A stretch of 64,000 bases of DNA, from contig OZ024742.1 of NCBI GenBank assembly GCA_964016885.1, positions 296,980,001-297,044,000 of the forward strand, given 5' to 3'. Position numbers and translations under genes: made by a program. The notes below the pieces were generated by a model. The model made no database searches, was not told the origin of the DNA, and worked only from the letters and a program-made list of their open reading frames with translations. Positions 51,136 through 64,000 of the stretch are shown one piece after another. Source of the stretch: Eledone cirrhosa. Its lineage: Eukaryota. Numbering within the stretch: position 1 is the first letter of the stretch; the number at the start of each line of letters is the position of its first letter.

Positions 51136-52254
51136 AGATTCTATTTTTAGACGGTTCTCTATAACAGTTTAGGAGAACCTTAAGAAAATACAAACAAAGT
51201 TTATTAGAGTTTCAATATAAAAGGGAAAACAAGAAAAATATTTTAAATGGGAATTATTTAATAACAACTTTGTTTAATTATTTAATAACAACTTTGGCTG
51301 GTGTTCGAATGGTAACAGTATAGGCTAGAGAAGACCCGTTAAATATGTAAAGGACTTGACAACTTTTACAATGCTAGTGCCACATAAAATACACCCATTA
51401 TGCACTGCAAAATGGTTGGTGTTAGGAAGGCCATCAAATAATAAAATCCATGCAAAAATTGGAAAGTATGGGTTATTAAATAAACACCTGAACCATCAAA
51501 CCAATGCAGTCATGGGAAAATGGATGTAATATGATGATAATGGTTATAAAACGTATATAGGCAAGTTGTATTATATCTTAGAGGAATTTGCCTGGCGTCT
51601 TTAATCTCTGTATTCAGACATCTCAATAGGATAGAAGAAAACATTTTTTTTTTTGTAAAACGCTTACTATACAATTTTGTTTAAATACCATAAATTGTTT
51701 TTAAAAACCTTATAAATAAATTGCATTTATTTTCCCATCTATCATCTAAACTTTCTTTAGAAGCTAAAATAGCATTTATGTTGAAAATAAATGCCGGTAG
51801 TGAATTTATTGTAGACAAATTGTGGCTAAATAGCAAAAATGAATACAAGATAAAAAGCACAAAACTAATATTTGACTATTAAAACAATATATAAATTGCT
51901 AATAAAAGGTAAATGACTTTTTAGTCTTGAAAATACTGACATATAGTATAACCTTTTAATGATTAAATATTTTTACAGCAGAGATAAGTTTGCTTTGCTT
52001 AGTAGATGATTTATTAAACTACAAATCTCATCTGTCTGGTTTAGAAATAAATTACTCACATTTTTAAAATGTTATATAAGTAGCTTAAGGACATAGTGAT
52101 GCCAAAAACTGAAAGAAAGATGAATTAATGTTCTATATAAATGAAACAAATTCTGTGATGGGAAAATTTCTGATGAATCCAGACTAATGTGTAGAGGTTT
52201 GTTTGATTTTAAACATTTTTAGATAAATATTTTATTAACTACAAATATACATAC

Positions 52255-52580
52255 GTACATACATAATACGGTGGCTGCAACTTGATACTCAAGCATGGGC
52301 ATCATGGATATGGCTTCTTAGTCCTTCTAGGGACCTGCCTATGGCCTGCCATGTCATACATCACAAAAAAGGTCACATATCAAGTGATGCCTGTGCTTGA
52401 AGCTTTTATAAGTGAGGAAAAGATTTGCACGGGCCCAATCCCACTCTCTGAACATCAAATGCATTTACCCAAAAAGAAGAACTGGTCTACATCATTGGAT
52501 GCAAATGAAGTTGCAGGATTTACATCCGAGTGACCTTCTAGACAGATGTCTTAACGAAGACTAGGAGTCTCTTGCTCCAC
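52255..52580. mobile_element. Dispersed repeat family C (TACA-tailed)
   Basis: ggctgcaacttgat..aagcatg..catcatgga..atgcctgtgcttgaag..gaggaaa..ccaatcccactctctga..cccaaaaagaaga recurs near 53330, 61045 and 61640. Confidence 0.6.
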
Positions 52581-52729
52581 AAAAAAGTACTTTATTGGAT
52601 GGCCATTGACTCTCTTCAGTTCCTCCACCCTTTGATGGGTTTTGTTTTTCGGTACCCGACCTCCCATGGGTACATGCTGAAGCATATAAACAATATGCCC
52701 CCCCCCCCCCTCCACCGCAAGGTGGCCGT

Positions 52730-52987
52730 GGAGGTGCCACGGCAAAAAAGCACCCAGCCCACACTGTAAAGTGGACGTGTAGGCGCCACGAAAAAGCACC
52801 CAGCACTCACTGTAAATGAGGTTGGTGTTAGGAAGGGCATCCAGCTGTAGAAATCAAGCCAGATCAGTTCCTGTATGAGCAAGGCATGGTCAGCCGACCA
52901 GACACTGCCCACAACAGGACAACCCGTCTAACCCATGCTAGCGTGGAAGAACGGACGTAAAACGGTGATGATGATGATGATGATGAT
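52730..52987 (+). mobile_element. Short RTE-tailed element
   Basis: gttggtgttaggaagggcatccagctgtag...aacccatgctagcgtggaagaacggacgtaaaacgg(tga)n. Confidence 0.8.
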
Positions 52988-53685
52988 CCAGCAGGGTGTC
53001 CAAAATCACCCTCCTCACCAACCTGATCATGCACAGGTTTTACTGGGTTACATGTTACCAGTAGCTGAGGAGTGACCTGGCATAACATACATACAAACAT
53101 AGACCCAATTATCACAGCTACAAAAAGGACAGCCAGGATGGAATACCTCTAGATTCCTTATTAGTTCAGCATAAATGTTTGCCTTTTTCCTAATCTTTAG
53201 CATTATATTGACATTTGCTGGGCAACTTATGTTAGAAACCGACTCTCTCTCTCTATCAGTGAAAGCTTATTAAATATAAAAAACTCAAGAACATACATAC
53301 AAACATCCATTCATGCATACATGCATATATACACATACATGATGGCTGCAACTTTATTTCGAGTAATGCCATTGCTTGATTCTTAAGTATGAGCGTCACA
53401 GATGTGGCTTTTTAGTACTATACATACATGATGGCTGCAAACTCTGCTAAGAGTATTGCATTCGCTTGTCAGATTCAGATGTGTGATGCTCAGACATAGC
53501 TTTTCAAGCCTGCTAGAGACTTGCACTCCTTCACACATTGGCGACAGCACTGGATTTCCCTGGCCTCAGGTCTTGCATCAGGTTGCCTATGAACCTTCAC
53601 AATACCGTGGAGATCCTAGTTCACTGGTTCTCTTTCAACACATACATATATACATACATAAATACATACAGATAGTTATAATAAT

Positions 53686-54079
53686 TGTTTCTACTTTTGC
53701 CACAAGGACAGCAATTACCCAGTACATTACTGGTACTTTATTTTATTGACAAAGTTATTTTTTTTATTTTATTGAAAGGCAAAGTTAACCTCGGCAGGAT
53801 TTGAACTCAGATCATAAAGGACCGTAACTTTATGCTGCAGAGTATGGTGTCCGACTCTCTACTGATACTGCCAATCCACAGATAGTTATAATAATTTTTC
53901 TACTTTAGGCACAAGGACAGCAATTACCCAGTGCATTACTGGTACTTTATTTTATCGACCCCATAAGGATGAAAGGCAAAGTCAACATCGGCGGGATTTG
54001 AACTCAGATCGTAAAGGGATGTAACTATGCTGGAAAGCATGGCGTCCGATCCTCTACCTATACTGCCAATCCACCGCCC
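53686..54079 (-). mobile_element. Two tandem SINE family A copies at one target
   Basis: acagatagttataataat is present three times (53668-53685, 53878-53895, 54080-54097). Confidence 0.9.
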
Positions 54080-55049
54080 ACAGATAGTTATAATAATAGC
54101 TGATCATTGTAAATAACAGTTGAAAAAATAGAGTACTTGCAAATGTAGAAAAAAAATAAACAGGCATCTTTGTCCTTTTTTACTGCCTCAGTTATTGTAT
54201 ATAACAAGCAGCTGTCATCATAGTTATCTGTCATATCAACTACATTTTTATATATATAGTGGTAAAAACTTTCAGGAGAGCTGGACAGCAGAAGGTCTTC
54301 AAGTGAGTGTTTCAACACTTAACTTCTGTGTGTATTTATGTGTATATGCATACACATATGCATGCATGTCTGAATGTATGTATGCATGTGTGTATGTTTA
54401 TGGTATTGCATGTATGGATCTGTATGTTTTGAATTATGTGCATACATGTGCATATATTTGTGAATCCATTTATAACGACCAGGATTTCCAATAAAAAAAA
54501 AACTACAGAAAAAGAAGACCAAACGAAAATATGTACAGAAGTAATGGGAAGATAATCTCAAGATGCTGACCTTCATGAAAATGATGACAAAACAATGCAA
54601 TATTGGTTAATGTAAAAATGATGCTAATGATGGGTTGCTTCCTTGCATTTACTCTATTTCTCAAGTACTATCCTAAAGCTAACAAGAAACATTAAATTTG
54701 TGGTTCCATTTTCTTTTTATGCAGTAAAACATTGCAATGAAAGGGTTTATCAAATATAAATTATATTTCATGTTCTATTATATAATATTGAATTGTACAA
54801 ATATTAACTATCACAATTTATATATTGTATACTCCCTCTTTCTGATAAACAAATGGTTATTTTGATGAGAGGTGTTTAATTAATGGGCATTGAAAGCAAT
54901 GCAAATATTTAGATATACAGGGCAATATTTAGTACCACTGGGATTGAATATCCAGCAGTGAGAAAGATTAGAATGAGTTGATACAAATGTGTAAAAGCAA
55001 AATGAAGATGACAATAATGATGATGAGGATTATATTAAAAATAATAATT

Positions 55050-55194
55050 ATGGTTTCTGATTTAGGCACAAGGCCAACAATTTTGCAGGAGGGGAAAATC
55101 GATTAATTCAACTCCAGTGCACTACTGATGCTTTATTTTACCGACAATGTAAAGATGTTTATTTTTATTAATGATAATAATAATAAATAAATAA

Positions 55195-55243
<49 letters not shown>

Positions 55244-55257
55244 TTAATAATAATAAT
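55050..55257 (-). mobile_element. SINE family A 3' fragment followed by (AAT)n
   Basis: ggtttctgatttaggcacaaggccaacaatttt...ctttattttaccgac, then an AAT array. Confidence 0.75.
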
Positions 55258-56930
55258 CTAGAGCCATAGTTACTTAGTTATTGCAATATCATTTTCTATT
55301 TGTGTAGGAAAAGAAAACTTCATGGAAAGAGATTTCTAACATTAATGAGCTTCCTGAAATACATCATTGAGAAAGATAGAAAGCTGAAACTATTAGAGAC
55401 GACTTTGATGAAAGGGTTAATTGAAATAAAGAATAAGGAAATTAAAAGACGACCATGACAGGTTTCTTATGAAATGCCAGGAGAGATCATTTCATTCATT
55501 TTGCTTTTGTTTTTTCTTGTATAAAAACGGTTTTATTGAATTTGTTCAGAGAAATATTCTGAAAAGATTCCAAAGAGAATTCTGTTATCGGTTTCTTTGA
55601 TATTGTTTGGTTGCTTAAGTGAAATTAAATCATATTAAACAAACACTTTAAATCACTAAAGGAGAAATTGCTTATTTCCTCAGTATCAATAAATCTAAAG
55701 CAGTACCATTTATGAAACATATTCAAACTAATATTGAAAAGTCATTGACAGACAAAAAGCAAATACGAACAAATTATTATTTGATAACTCCAACAGCAAA
55801 GAAACACACAACTTTGATCTCAAAGCACCTTTTTCTCCAACAAAATTTTCAAAATTGTTGAAACCTAGACTAAAATCGGGTTTGGTTAATAAAAGAAAAA
55901 TATAGAAAAATATTTACGATATTAGTATTTTTCAGCATTGATATAAATAATGTCTTCTAAGATGGTAATTTTCATTAATTCGTTTGATATATTGCACCAA
56001 TATTATTACAACAATCTTCTTCATCTCTTCATTCTCATCATCATCATTAGAATAAAAGTCTACAACTACTGATGAAACCAATATTTCTTTATTAAATGAC
56101 TCGGAAAAAGAAAACATTGGCTTTGAAAATAATCTTAAAGATGACTTTATGTGTGTTAACCTCTCAACTGAAAATAGCTGTTCTGTAGCATAGCTTATTA
56201 AGGTTATATATAAAAAATATTTATATATTTTTGTGAAAGAGTTAAATTTATTTTGCTTTGTTAGACTAAAGTTAGTTATTTACAGGGAGATTTTTAAATG
56301 TTTATTTAGTCAAGGACAGAAGTTCAATGCCCAGGACCTATTAGAGATGAAGGATGGAAGATGTACTCAAACCAGAGCCCTAGCCCGAATGCTTGCAATG
56401 GAGTTGACTCTGCTAAGAGGTCACAAAAACCAGGTAGTGGTAAACTGGGTGACAGATTAAGTTTAGCACTCAAATATACACAGAAGCATTTGAACATAGA
56501 ATGTAAAGAGATTCAACAAATACCACAAATCATCTTTTACAGTGCTCTAATGATTCAACAATCAAACACTCTAGAGTAATATTTTATTCATTGATCCTTA
56601 GAAGGATGAAAGATAATGTTGTCTTGGAAAGAATTTAAACTCAGAACATAAGGAGCCAGAGTAAATGACAAGACATTTTACCTAACACTATAATGCCTCT
56701 GTCAGTTTGGTTTTTGAGTATATTAATTTCTCTAATTTCTCTTCATTTCATTTTAAAATATCTGAGTTGTTCAAATGAGCTGTAATTAATTGTGTTTTGG
56801 TTTACTTACTTCTTCATACCTAGTTACTATTGTCCAGTACAAGCCACATGGGACCAATTTGGCTTTCTGAATGGCATGCCTGATTTGAAAATTGCATTGA
56901 ATTGTTTAGTAGTGTTGCTTGCCTTTGGTA

Positions 56931-57080
56931 GGGGTGTAATTTCACAGCTATCAAGAGGAGCAACAACTTTATGAGCTTGGATCCAATACAGTGACTAAAC
57001 CATCCAATGTTTTTGTTGGTGTGTTTTTCTTCTGGTTTGATGCTCCTCTCTTTTTATTTTATATACACATACATACACCA
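56931..57080 (-). repeat. Copy of 48837-48988 (probable CRE 3' UTR)
   Basis: Near-identical block tcaagaggagcaacaactttatgagc..ggatccaatacagtgactaaaccatcc...tatacacca. Confidence 0.8.
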
Positions 57081-58120
57081 TATCCTATGCAATCCATTGC
57101 TTGAAAATGGTTGCCCAGGCCTGGTCTTGTAATTCACAACATATAATCATACAGCATATAACTTTTTTACGTCACATTCATATGCCAATGAAGCATATTT
57201 TTCTTACATGTACCATCTAATCTTTTACTATTTCTTTTATTATCACATTATAACCATCATACATAGATTATTGGGTATAACTACAGTTTAGTACCCTGCC
57301 CTACCTATGCATAGGTAAGTTTTCCACTATGTTAAGTATGATAATGTTGATGAAAGTTACAAAAGGTTATATTTATAAATAGTTCAATTAAAGTATATAG
57401 CTTTGTTCATTAATGCTTTCATGTACTAAATACTTTTGATCTATATTTGCTATAGGTTCAATGTAAACTTTCATGTTGATAGTGAATAATAGTAATCAGG
57501 ATTTTGTCATAGATTTTCTATTGGCATATCATATTATTTCTACATCTACGTATTACAAAACAAATAAAAATTTTCCCCTTTAAATCTTATCGACAAAATT
57601 AATTTACATCAAAAATATTTATTGGCAACATCAATTAAAAAATGTGCATTAAAAAAATTGTAAGGAAAATCTAAGTGTATGTATGCTTCTCATTTCGTTT
57701 CCCCTATGGCTTCAGTTTATCAGCAACAAAAGCAGATATTGTACTATTAACAAATTAGCATTTTCATATTCAACATTTAGTCATCTACATTCAGTAAACA
57801 TAGTTTCACTGATGTTATTTCATTTATCAGCAAATATCCTGAAAATTGATCATCCTCTTTATTAAAACCAACTTCTCACATTTGTCTAATCCTGAGGCCT
57901 TCTGTCATATAATGTCAGAAACCAATATATTTAGCAAAGATTTTAAACTGCTTTAGTTATAAATTTAATATACAACTAGAACTGAATGTATTGATGCAAC
58001 AATAATGTTATTGGCTAAGAGGATCTTGTATTAAACCAATTTATACGAAATCTAATTATAAATATTATCCTACCTGAGAACTTTTACACACACACACAAA
58101 TGCACACACACACATACACA

Positions 58121-58329
58121 TCATCATCATCATCATTTTACGTCTGCTTTTCCCTGCTTGCAAGGGTTGGATGGGTCCTATTCAGCACAGCATCTCTCCA
58201 CTTGTCACGGTCCTTCGTCATCTCCTCGGTGAGTTTCAGCGATCTGAGGTCTGCTCTCATCACCTCCGCCCATGTTTTTCGTGGTCTACCTCTACTGCGT
58301 CTTCCTTCTACTGGGATTTCTTGGCACAT
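58121..58329 (-). mobile_element. 5'-truncated RTE 3' end, same family as 25660-27756
   Basis: CQEIPVEGRRSRGRPRKTWAEV..DLRSLKLTEE.TKDRDKWRDA plus a (TGA)n tail. Confidence 0.9.
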
Positions 58330-59867
58330 ATATATATATATATAAAGAGAGAGAGAGGGGGGGGAGTAAGATAGAGACAGATAAGATATCACCTAACTTA
58401 GTACCCAACAGTGTAGATATTAATATGAGATAGAATGTTTTACAGTCGATCTCGGACCATTGTGTGTGTGTATGTGTGCGTGTGTGTAACTTGAATATTT
58501 ACATTATCAGCAATGGAAACATAGTTTCCTTGGTCCAGTCTGACTATCGACTACTTTCATTTCTCTTAAGGATAGCTGAAAGGCTACAGAGAAACACCCT
58601 GCCTACTGATGGCTCACCAGATGGTAATGTTTTCTTTATTAAAGGTTTCAATGAATTTAATTGTTCATAATCTCTCCAGATTAAATTTGAAATGTAGTCG
58701 ACTCAACATCAATGACTATAGTATTAGCCAACCACTATAAATACTAGTTGAGAAAATCAGGTAAAGTGCCTGTCAAGATGGAAAAAGTGTGGATAGAAGT
58801 ACCTTCAAGAATCAAACCCCATTCATTACTCACCAGGCCTTTCCATGAAACTCTGAGACTTCCATGATCTCATCAATAAAAATGAAGAACATATTCAGCT
58901 GTACAAAATATAAAACCTCAGGGCTCTTCAAACAAAATCATTTTATGATTTTGTCCTACCCCAATTTACAGTCACTCACTTGTTAGACTTTCTATAAAAA
59001 TGCAGTGAACTATTAGTTACTTCATTGGAAATCCTTAACCTATTGTAATATGCTTGAATCATCTAGGCTATGTGATGTTCTGATACATTGCTGATGACAA
59101 TGTGCTTCCATTTCACCCCTCTTTAACATTTTGACCTGAATTCTTTGTGGTCTATGGGTATATAAGAATTTAAGTACAAGTCCAAAAATTTTGGAGAAAG
59201 TGAAACATGAACGGCAAAGCTGGCCTCAAAGGAACATGAAGTCAGAATGTAATGAACCAAAACAAATTTTATATTTTGACAGGACAGTATAAGAATTCGA
59301 CCAAACTACTGCTGGTTGCTTGGATTTTGCTCCACAACCATAGAGCAGTTTGTCTGAAATGCAATGGCTGAAGTCCATTTTTTAACACTCTTTTAACCTT
59401 TATATGATACAACCCCACTGGCTGGGTGGCCAGACCATAGCTACATCTCTCCACCGTAGAAACTCGACAGGCATTGCCACTATTGTGCCGCTATGAGGCG
59501 CTGAAGTTGGATTTCACAAATTATGATAAATAACAAAATTTTTAAATGTTCTTTTTGATTTCACCAATAAATTAAATATATTTTTGTATTATTTTAAAAC
59601 AATATAAATTCATTGCACTCTATTTTTTTTTATTCCAATTTGACTGTAACAGTTCAGTAAAGTAGATTAAATTGTAATTAAGACAGTTTCTATAATTTCT
59701 CACATAATGAAATAATGAGATTTCCAAATACCATTTGTGGTTTATTTTATTCCAAGAATCTTTTGATGCTCAATAATTTCGTTTGTAAATAAGTGAAACT
59801 GTTGAAAAACTACACTTCATTAAAAATGTGCTATAATCCTATTATTTAATTATGTTTATTTGCTGTA

Positions 59868-60150
59868 AGGTGGAGAGTTGGTGAAGTCATTAGAACATCA
59901 AATAGAATGCTTTACAGTATACATTAAAGCTCTCTGCATTCAGAGTTCAAATCAAACTGAGGTAAGATTGCCTTTTCATTCTTTTGAAGTTGATAGCTAA
60001 AGTATCAGTGTCATACTTTTGTCAAATCTTCCACTCTTTCTCTTTCTACAAGAAATCAACTATGTTCAGGCCTGGAGAAGGATCGGCTCTGCCAGGACTA
60101 AAGTTAATAAGACACTGCTCCTACGAGAGAGATATGTTCCCCATGTATGA
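59868..60150 (+). mobile_element. SINE variant as at 50821
   Basis: gagttcaaatc B box and caggcctggagaaggatcggctctgccagg tail. Confidence 0.62.
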
Positions 60151-60947
60151 ATACTAGTTTTTCTAAAGAATGTTTTAAATCAATTTATTACATAAATTCT
60201 GATGTTTTAAATTGTGTGTGTATGGTATTTTGGGGGAGGATTTCAACGATTATTCTTTTACTATTTCCAGTGTTGAGATTAGCTTCACTAGCACAGCATC
60301 TTGTAAGTTATAATCGATCATATTGACCTCAATAAGTATAGTTTTCAAGTCTAGTGCTTATTTTATCGATCTCTTTTTGTCAAACCACAAAGCTACAGGA
60401 TGTAACCATACACACATACATACATAACACAGTCAACGCAATCAGTCGCATATTTTGGCATGGAGACTATTTATTAAATTTAAGATGAATATTATCTCCG
60501 ACAGTAATCCCACAACTACAGTCATGTTGAATAACTGGTTATTCTTCTAAATATATCTTCTGAAGACACCTTTTATTCGAATTCGTAGACATATCCAACT
60601 AAATACATAATTCATTTTACAAGGATTTGCTACAAACAGCATGACTGAACACAACATCAACAACAAAATTAAGGAAGTATCGAAGACAAACAACAAGAAA
60701 GAACACAACTAATTAGGAAATTACAAGTACAATCCATTAATGGAACAGTACAAATATGTAAAACATTCCAAAAATGTTGCATCTCATAACTGCATATACA
60801 CATGTACAGATACAAAGCATATACACATGCACACATACAACTCAAAACATACACATCCACACATACAATAGCATCCATATCTAGACATGCATACATAATC
60901 TACCTAGTTGATGTTGTGTAAATTCCAATGAGAGAGTCTTGTGTCTA

Positions 60948-61541
60948 TGTTAGAAACCGACTCTCTCTCTATTGGGAAAAAAAATTTGTGAAATTATAAA
61001 ACCAGAAGAACATACATACACACATACACGCAGGCATACATACATGCATGATGGCTGCCCCCTCATTATCGAGTATGGCTATTGCACGATATAACATCAT
61101 TAATAATTATCAATTAATGCTATCGTGCAATGCCTGTGTATGAAGATATTTTTTTAAAGTGAGGAAAGACTGTGCACTGAGCCAATCCCACTTTCTGAGC
61201 AACAGAGCTATAACCCAAAAAGAAGAAGAGATAAACATCATCGGTAACTGCAGGTTTATGTCGAAATTATCCCAGTTTCCTGAGTTGCCTTCTCCTAGAA
61301 GAATGCCCTGACAAAGGCTAGGAGTCCTTCACTCCCAGTGAAGTATCCAGCGAGTATCCAGCTCGATTATTTCTATGTCCCCATGCATATATACACATAT
61401 ATACATATGTACATAAATACATACATACGTACGTACATACATACATACATACATACATACATACATACGTACGTACGTACATACATACATACATACATAC
61501 ATACATACATACATACATACATACATACATACATACATACA

Positions 61542-61572
<31 letters not shown>

Positions 61573-61820
61573 GTATGTATGTATGCATGTATCATGATGA
61601 TGATGATGATACATACATGCATACATACATATATGAATATGATGGCTGCAACTTGATTTCAAGTAATGCCATCACTTGATACTTAAGCATGAGCATCATG
61701 GACGTGGCATTTTAGTCCTGCTAGGGACTTGCCTATGACCAGCAATACTATACATCGCAAAATATATAACATATCAAGCGATGCCTGTGCTTGAAGGTTT
61801 TTTTTAAGTAAGGAAAGGCA
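60948..61820. repeat. Repeat family C copies around a (TACA)n array (about 61400-61635)
   Basis: Shares gttagaaaccgactctctct and downstream blocks with 53230-53470 and 52255-52580. Confidence 0.65.
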
Positions 61821-62097
61821 TACATACATTCACACATATATACATACATATATTCATACATAAATACAGGCAAATATACATGCATGCATACAATGAAGTC
61901 ATTGGTAGTGAATTGAGAGGTCATTGTTAGAGATTATAGAGATCATTGGAACTATTCACATGGGTCATTGATAATGTTTACAGGAGCCTGTGGTAGTGAT
62001 TCCAGGGGCCATTGAAAGAGTTTACTGAGCTAATTGATAGTCTCCTGCTCTCTGGCTGACAAATTTAGAAAATGGAAAACATAAACAGAACTTGATT

Positions 62098-62671
62098 GTG
62101 CATATATATATGTGTGCCTGTATGTATATATATACATGCTACTGTACGTCTGTATACATATATGTATGTACGTATACATACATACTTACATTTAAGTAAG
62201 TGCCGTACTAAGAGTGAGAAATGAAATTTCGTTTCATTCTATTCCATTTATCGTTTTCGGTGCGCCTGGCCGACTGAACTCACTTGATATGCAAATTAGG
62301 TTGCTCAGCTGTTAATTTTCATAAGGAAAGTATATACTTTTGGACGTACAACCATCTGGCAGAAAGGTATACGGTGCTGGCGATAGCTAATAAGCTTGAA
62401 ACTAGTACATCGTTCCTGTGTCAGTGTTGAACAAAAAGGTGACGTGGTTGCCTAAACACTGTACGGCGTAATTCAGGCTGTTCGTTTGTTTACAAACGAA
62501 CAAACCGAGCATTATAATAAATGTTCGGTAAACTGATACGTGCATATATATATGTGTGCCTGTATGTATATATATACATGCTACTGTACGTCTGTATACC
62601 TATATGTATGTACGTATACATACATACTTACATTTAAGTAAGTGCCGTACTAAGAGTGAGAAATGAAATTT
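62098..62671 (+). mobile_element. Non-coding terminally redundant element (442-nt unit + 132-nt repeat) with a hammerhead-like motif; retrozyme or Penelope pLTR-like
   Basis: Direct repeats 62098-62229 and 62540-62671 with one mismatch seen. Flanking gatt duplication at 62094-62097 and 62672-62675. Hammerhead-like motif at 62371-62413 and two hairpins at 62479-62529. Confidence 0.72.
62371..62413 (+). ncRNA. Minimal type I hammerhead-like motif (variant core)
   Basis: ACGGTG CTGGCGA T-AGCT-aata-AGCT-T GAA ACTAGT A CATCGT. Helix I is 6 bp with one G.U, helix III is the palindrome ACTAGT, the site is GTA. The core has G in place of A6 and a U.U at the base of helix II. Confidence 0.65.
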
Positions 62672-63299
62672 GATTACAAATAGATTTTAACAAAACTTAA
62701 GTAAAGAGAATTAAATACTGATTACTGGAACTTTACATATATCAATACCAAATCTAATATTATTAACACCATCTCTAATTATGTTATTAAAATATGAAAA
62801 TAGGTTTAAGATATATATATATATAAGCTGTACAGTGATAAATAGGTTATTATTTTTCTAAAGATATAGTGTGTTGTATCATTACAAAACAGGATTTTGT
62901 TGGCATTAATACTTTTCTTTACTTCCGTATAAGTCAATCTCAGAGTTGAAGAAATATAAATAAGGTTGATTAAATCTAAAATCAAATATATAAGTGTGTG
63001 AAGATAACTGCAGTTTTATAAAGAAATGCATTAAAAAGAAATCGCTACCGGAAAACATATTTTAGAATAAAATATTAAAGAGATTAGAATAGCATAAAAA
63101 GGGGAAAATATCGTCAATCTTTACAAATCTAATATATCAGAGATTTCTCATGTTGAAAAGAATAAAAACCATGTAATAAATATTATATTAATGTTGGATA
63201 ATTGTAAAAAATTGCTGTAGTTTACGAGATAGATTTGCATTAAATTTTATGTCTGATAGCAGTTTGTTTCAAAACGAAATTGCTGACAATAGCAATAAT

Positions 63300-63482
63300 T
63301 GTTTCTACTTTTGGCACAAGGCCAGCAATTACCCAGTACATTACTGGTACTTTATTGTATCGACCCCGTAAGGATGAAAGGCAAAGTTAACCCCGGCGGG
63401 ATTTGAACTCAGATCGTAAAGGGACGTAACTAAGCTGGAAAGCATGGCATCCGACCCTCTACCGATACTGCCAATCCATCGC
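63300..63482 (-). mobile_element. Full-length SINE family A
   Basis: TSD tgacaatagcaataat at 63284-63299 and 63483-63498. Confidence 0.92.
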
Positions 63483-64000
63483 TGACAATAGCAATAATGA
63501 AAGTTGCACATCTACTGAGAGTAAAATAATTTATTTTACCTTATATTTGCATTATCTTCCATGGATCCTCAACGCCTGATAGAATCATAGGGGCAACTTG
63601 ATGATATATGCTGTATTTTGAGCATTTTAACCCTTTAACATCTACTTTACTCTATATTTACTATTATATTTTCACTGTAAAGGCTTTACCTCACGTAATT
63701 ATCTCACATAATATTGAATCTATGAGATTTTGATGTTATTTATTTTGTGAACAATATCTTAATGCTGGTATGAGTGGCAGGTTATGACTGGTTTGAACAG
63801 AAAGAGGTGAGAGAATTCAGGTCGGATACGGTTGGTTTAAATGCTAAAAATTTAAACCTGGTGAAGCCAATCTCTTTAAGTCAGAACACAACCAATTTCA
63901 CCGAGAGATAAAGGGAGAAAGAAAAGGAATAAATTCACTATTGAACTGTTACTTTATCTGTTCACCCTGGAAGAATGAAAAGACAAAATTGACCACGGAG

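Noticed and set aside
55260-56190. AT-rich block that may be a decayed DNA transposon
   Set aside because: No recognisable motif or termini.
60555-60592. CTGAAGA...CGAA motif resembling a hammerhead
   Set aside because: No helix II and GAAA is incomplete; at best a very old remnant.

Overview
AT-rich eukaryotic DNA with no convincing host gene. The repeat complement points to a mollusc, probably an octopus or other cephalopod (inference). The window is almost entirely retroelements and simple repeats. LINE-type elements: two RTE LINEs with a PHD-type finger inside the RT region, a Naiad-like Penelope element (RT + GIY-YIG), two full-length Tx1/L1-clade LINEs plus a fragment, and R4/Dong, CR1, CRE and BovB-like fragments. 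Other elements: many tRNA-derived SINEs (Meta/MESC-like, V-domain, CORE-like), two non-autonomous Helitrons, an hAT MITE and several satellites. Three signals stand out. (1) Hammerhead ribozyme motifs: one apparently intact at 30642-30728 (-), one downstream of the Naiad ORF, one in a 574-bp terminally redundant retrozyme-like element at 62098-62671, and several decayed ones. (2) A 12-kb pile-up of unrelated retroelements in an (AAT)n microsatellite. (3) A SINE whose 3' end and ATTATT target preference match the Tx1-like LINE, suggesting a SINE/LINE partnership. All calls were made by eye; no database searches or folding programs were run.
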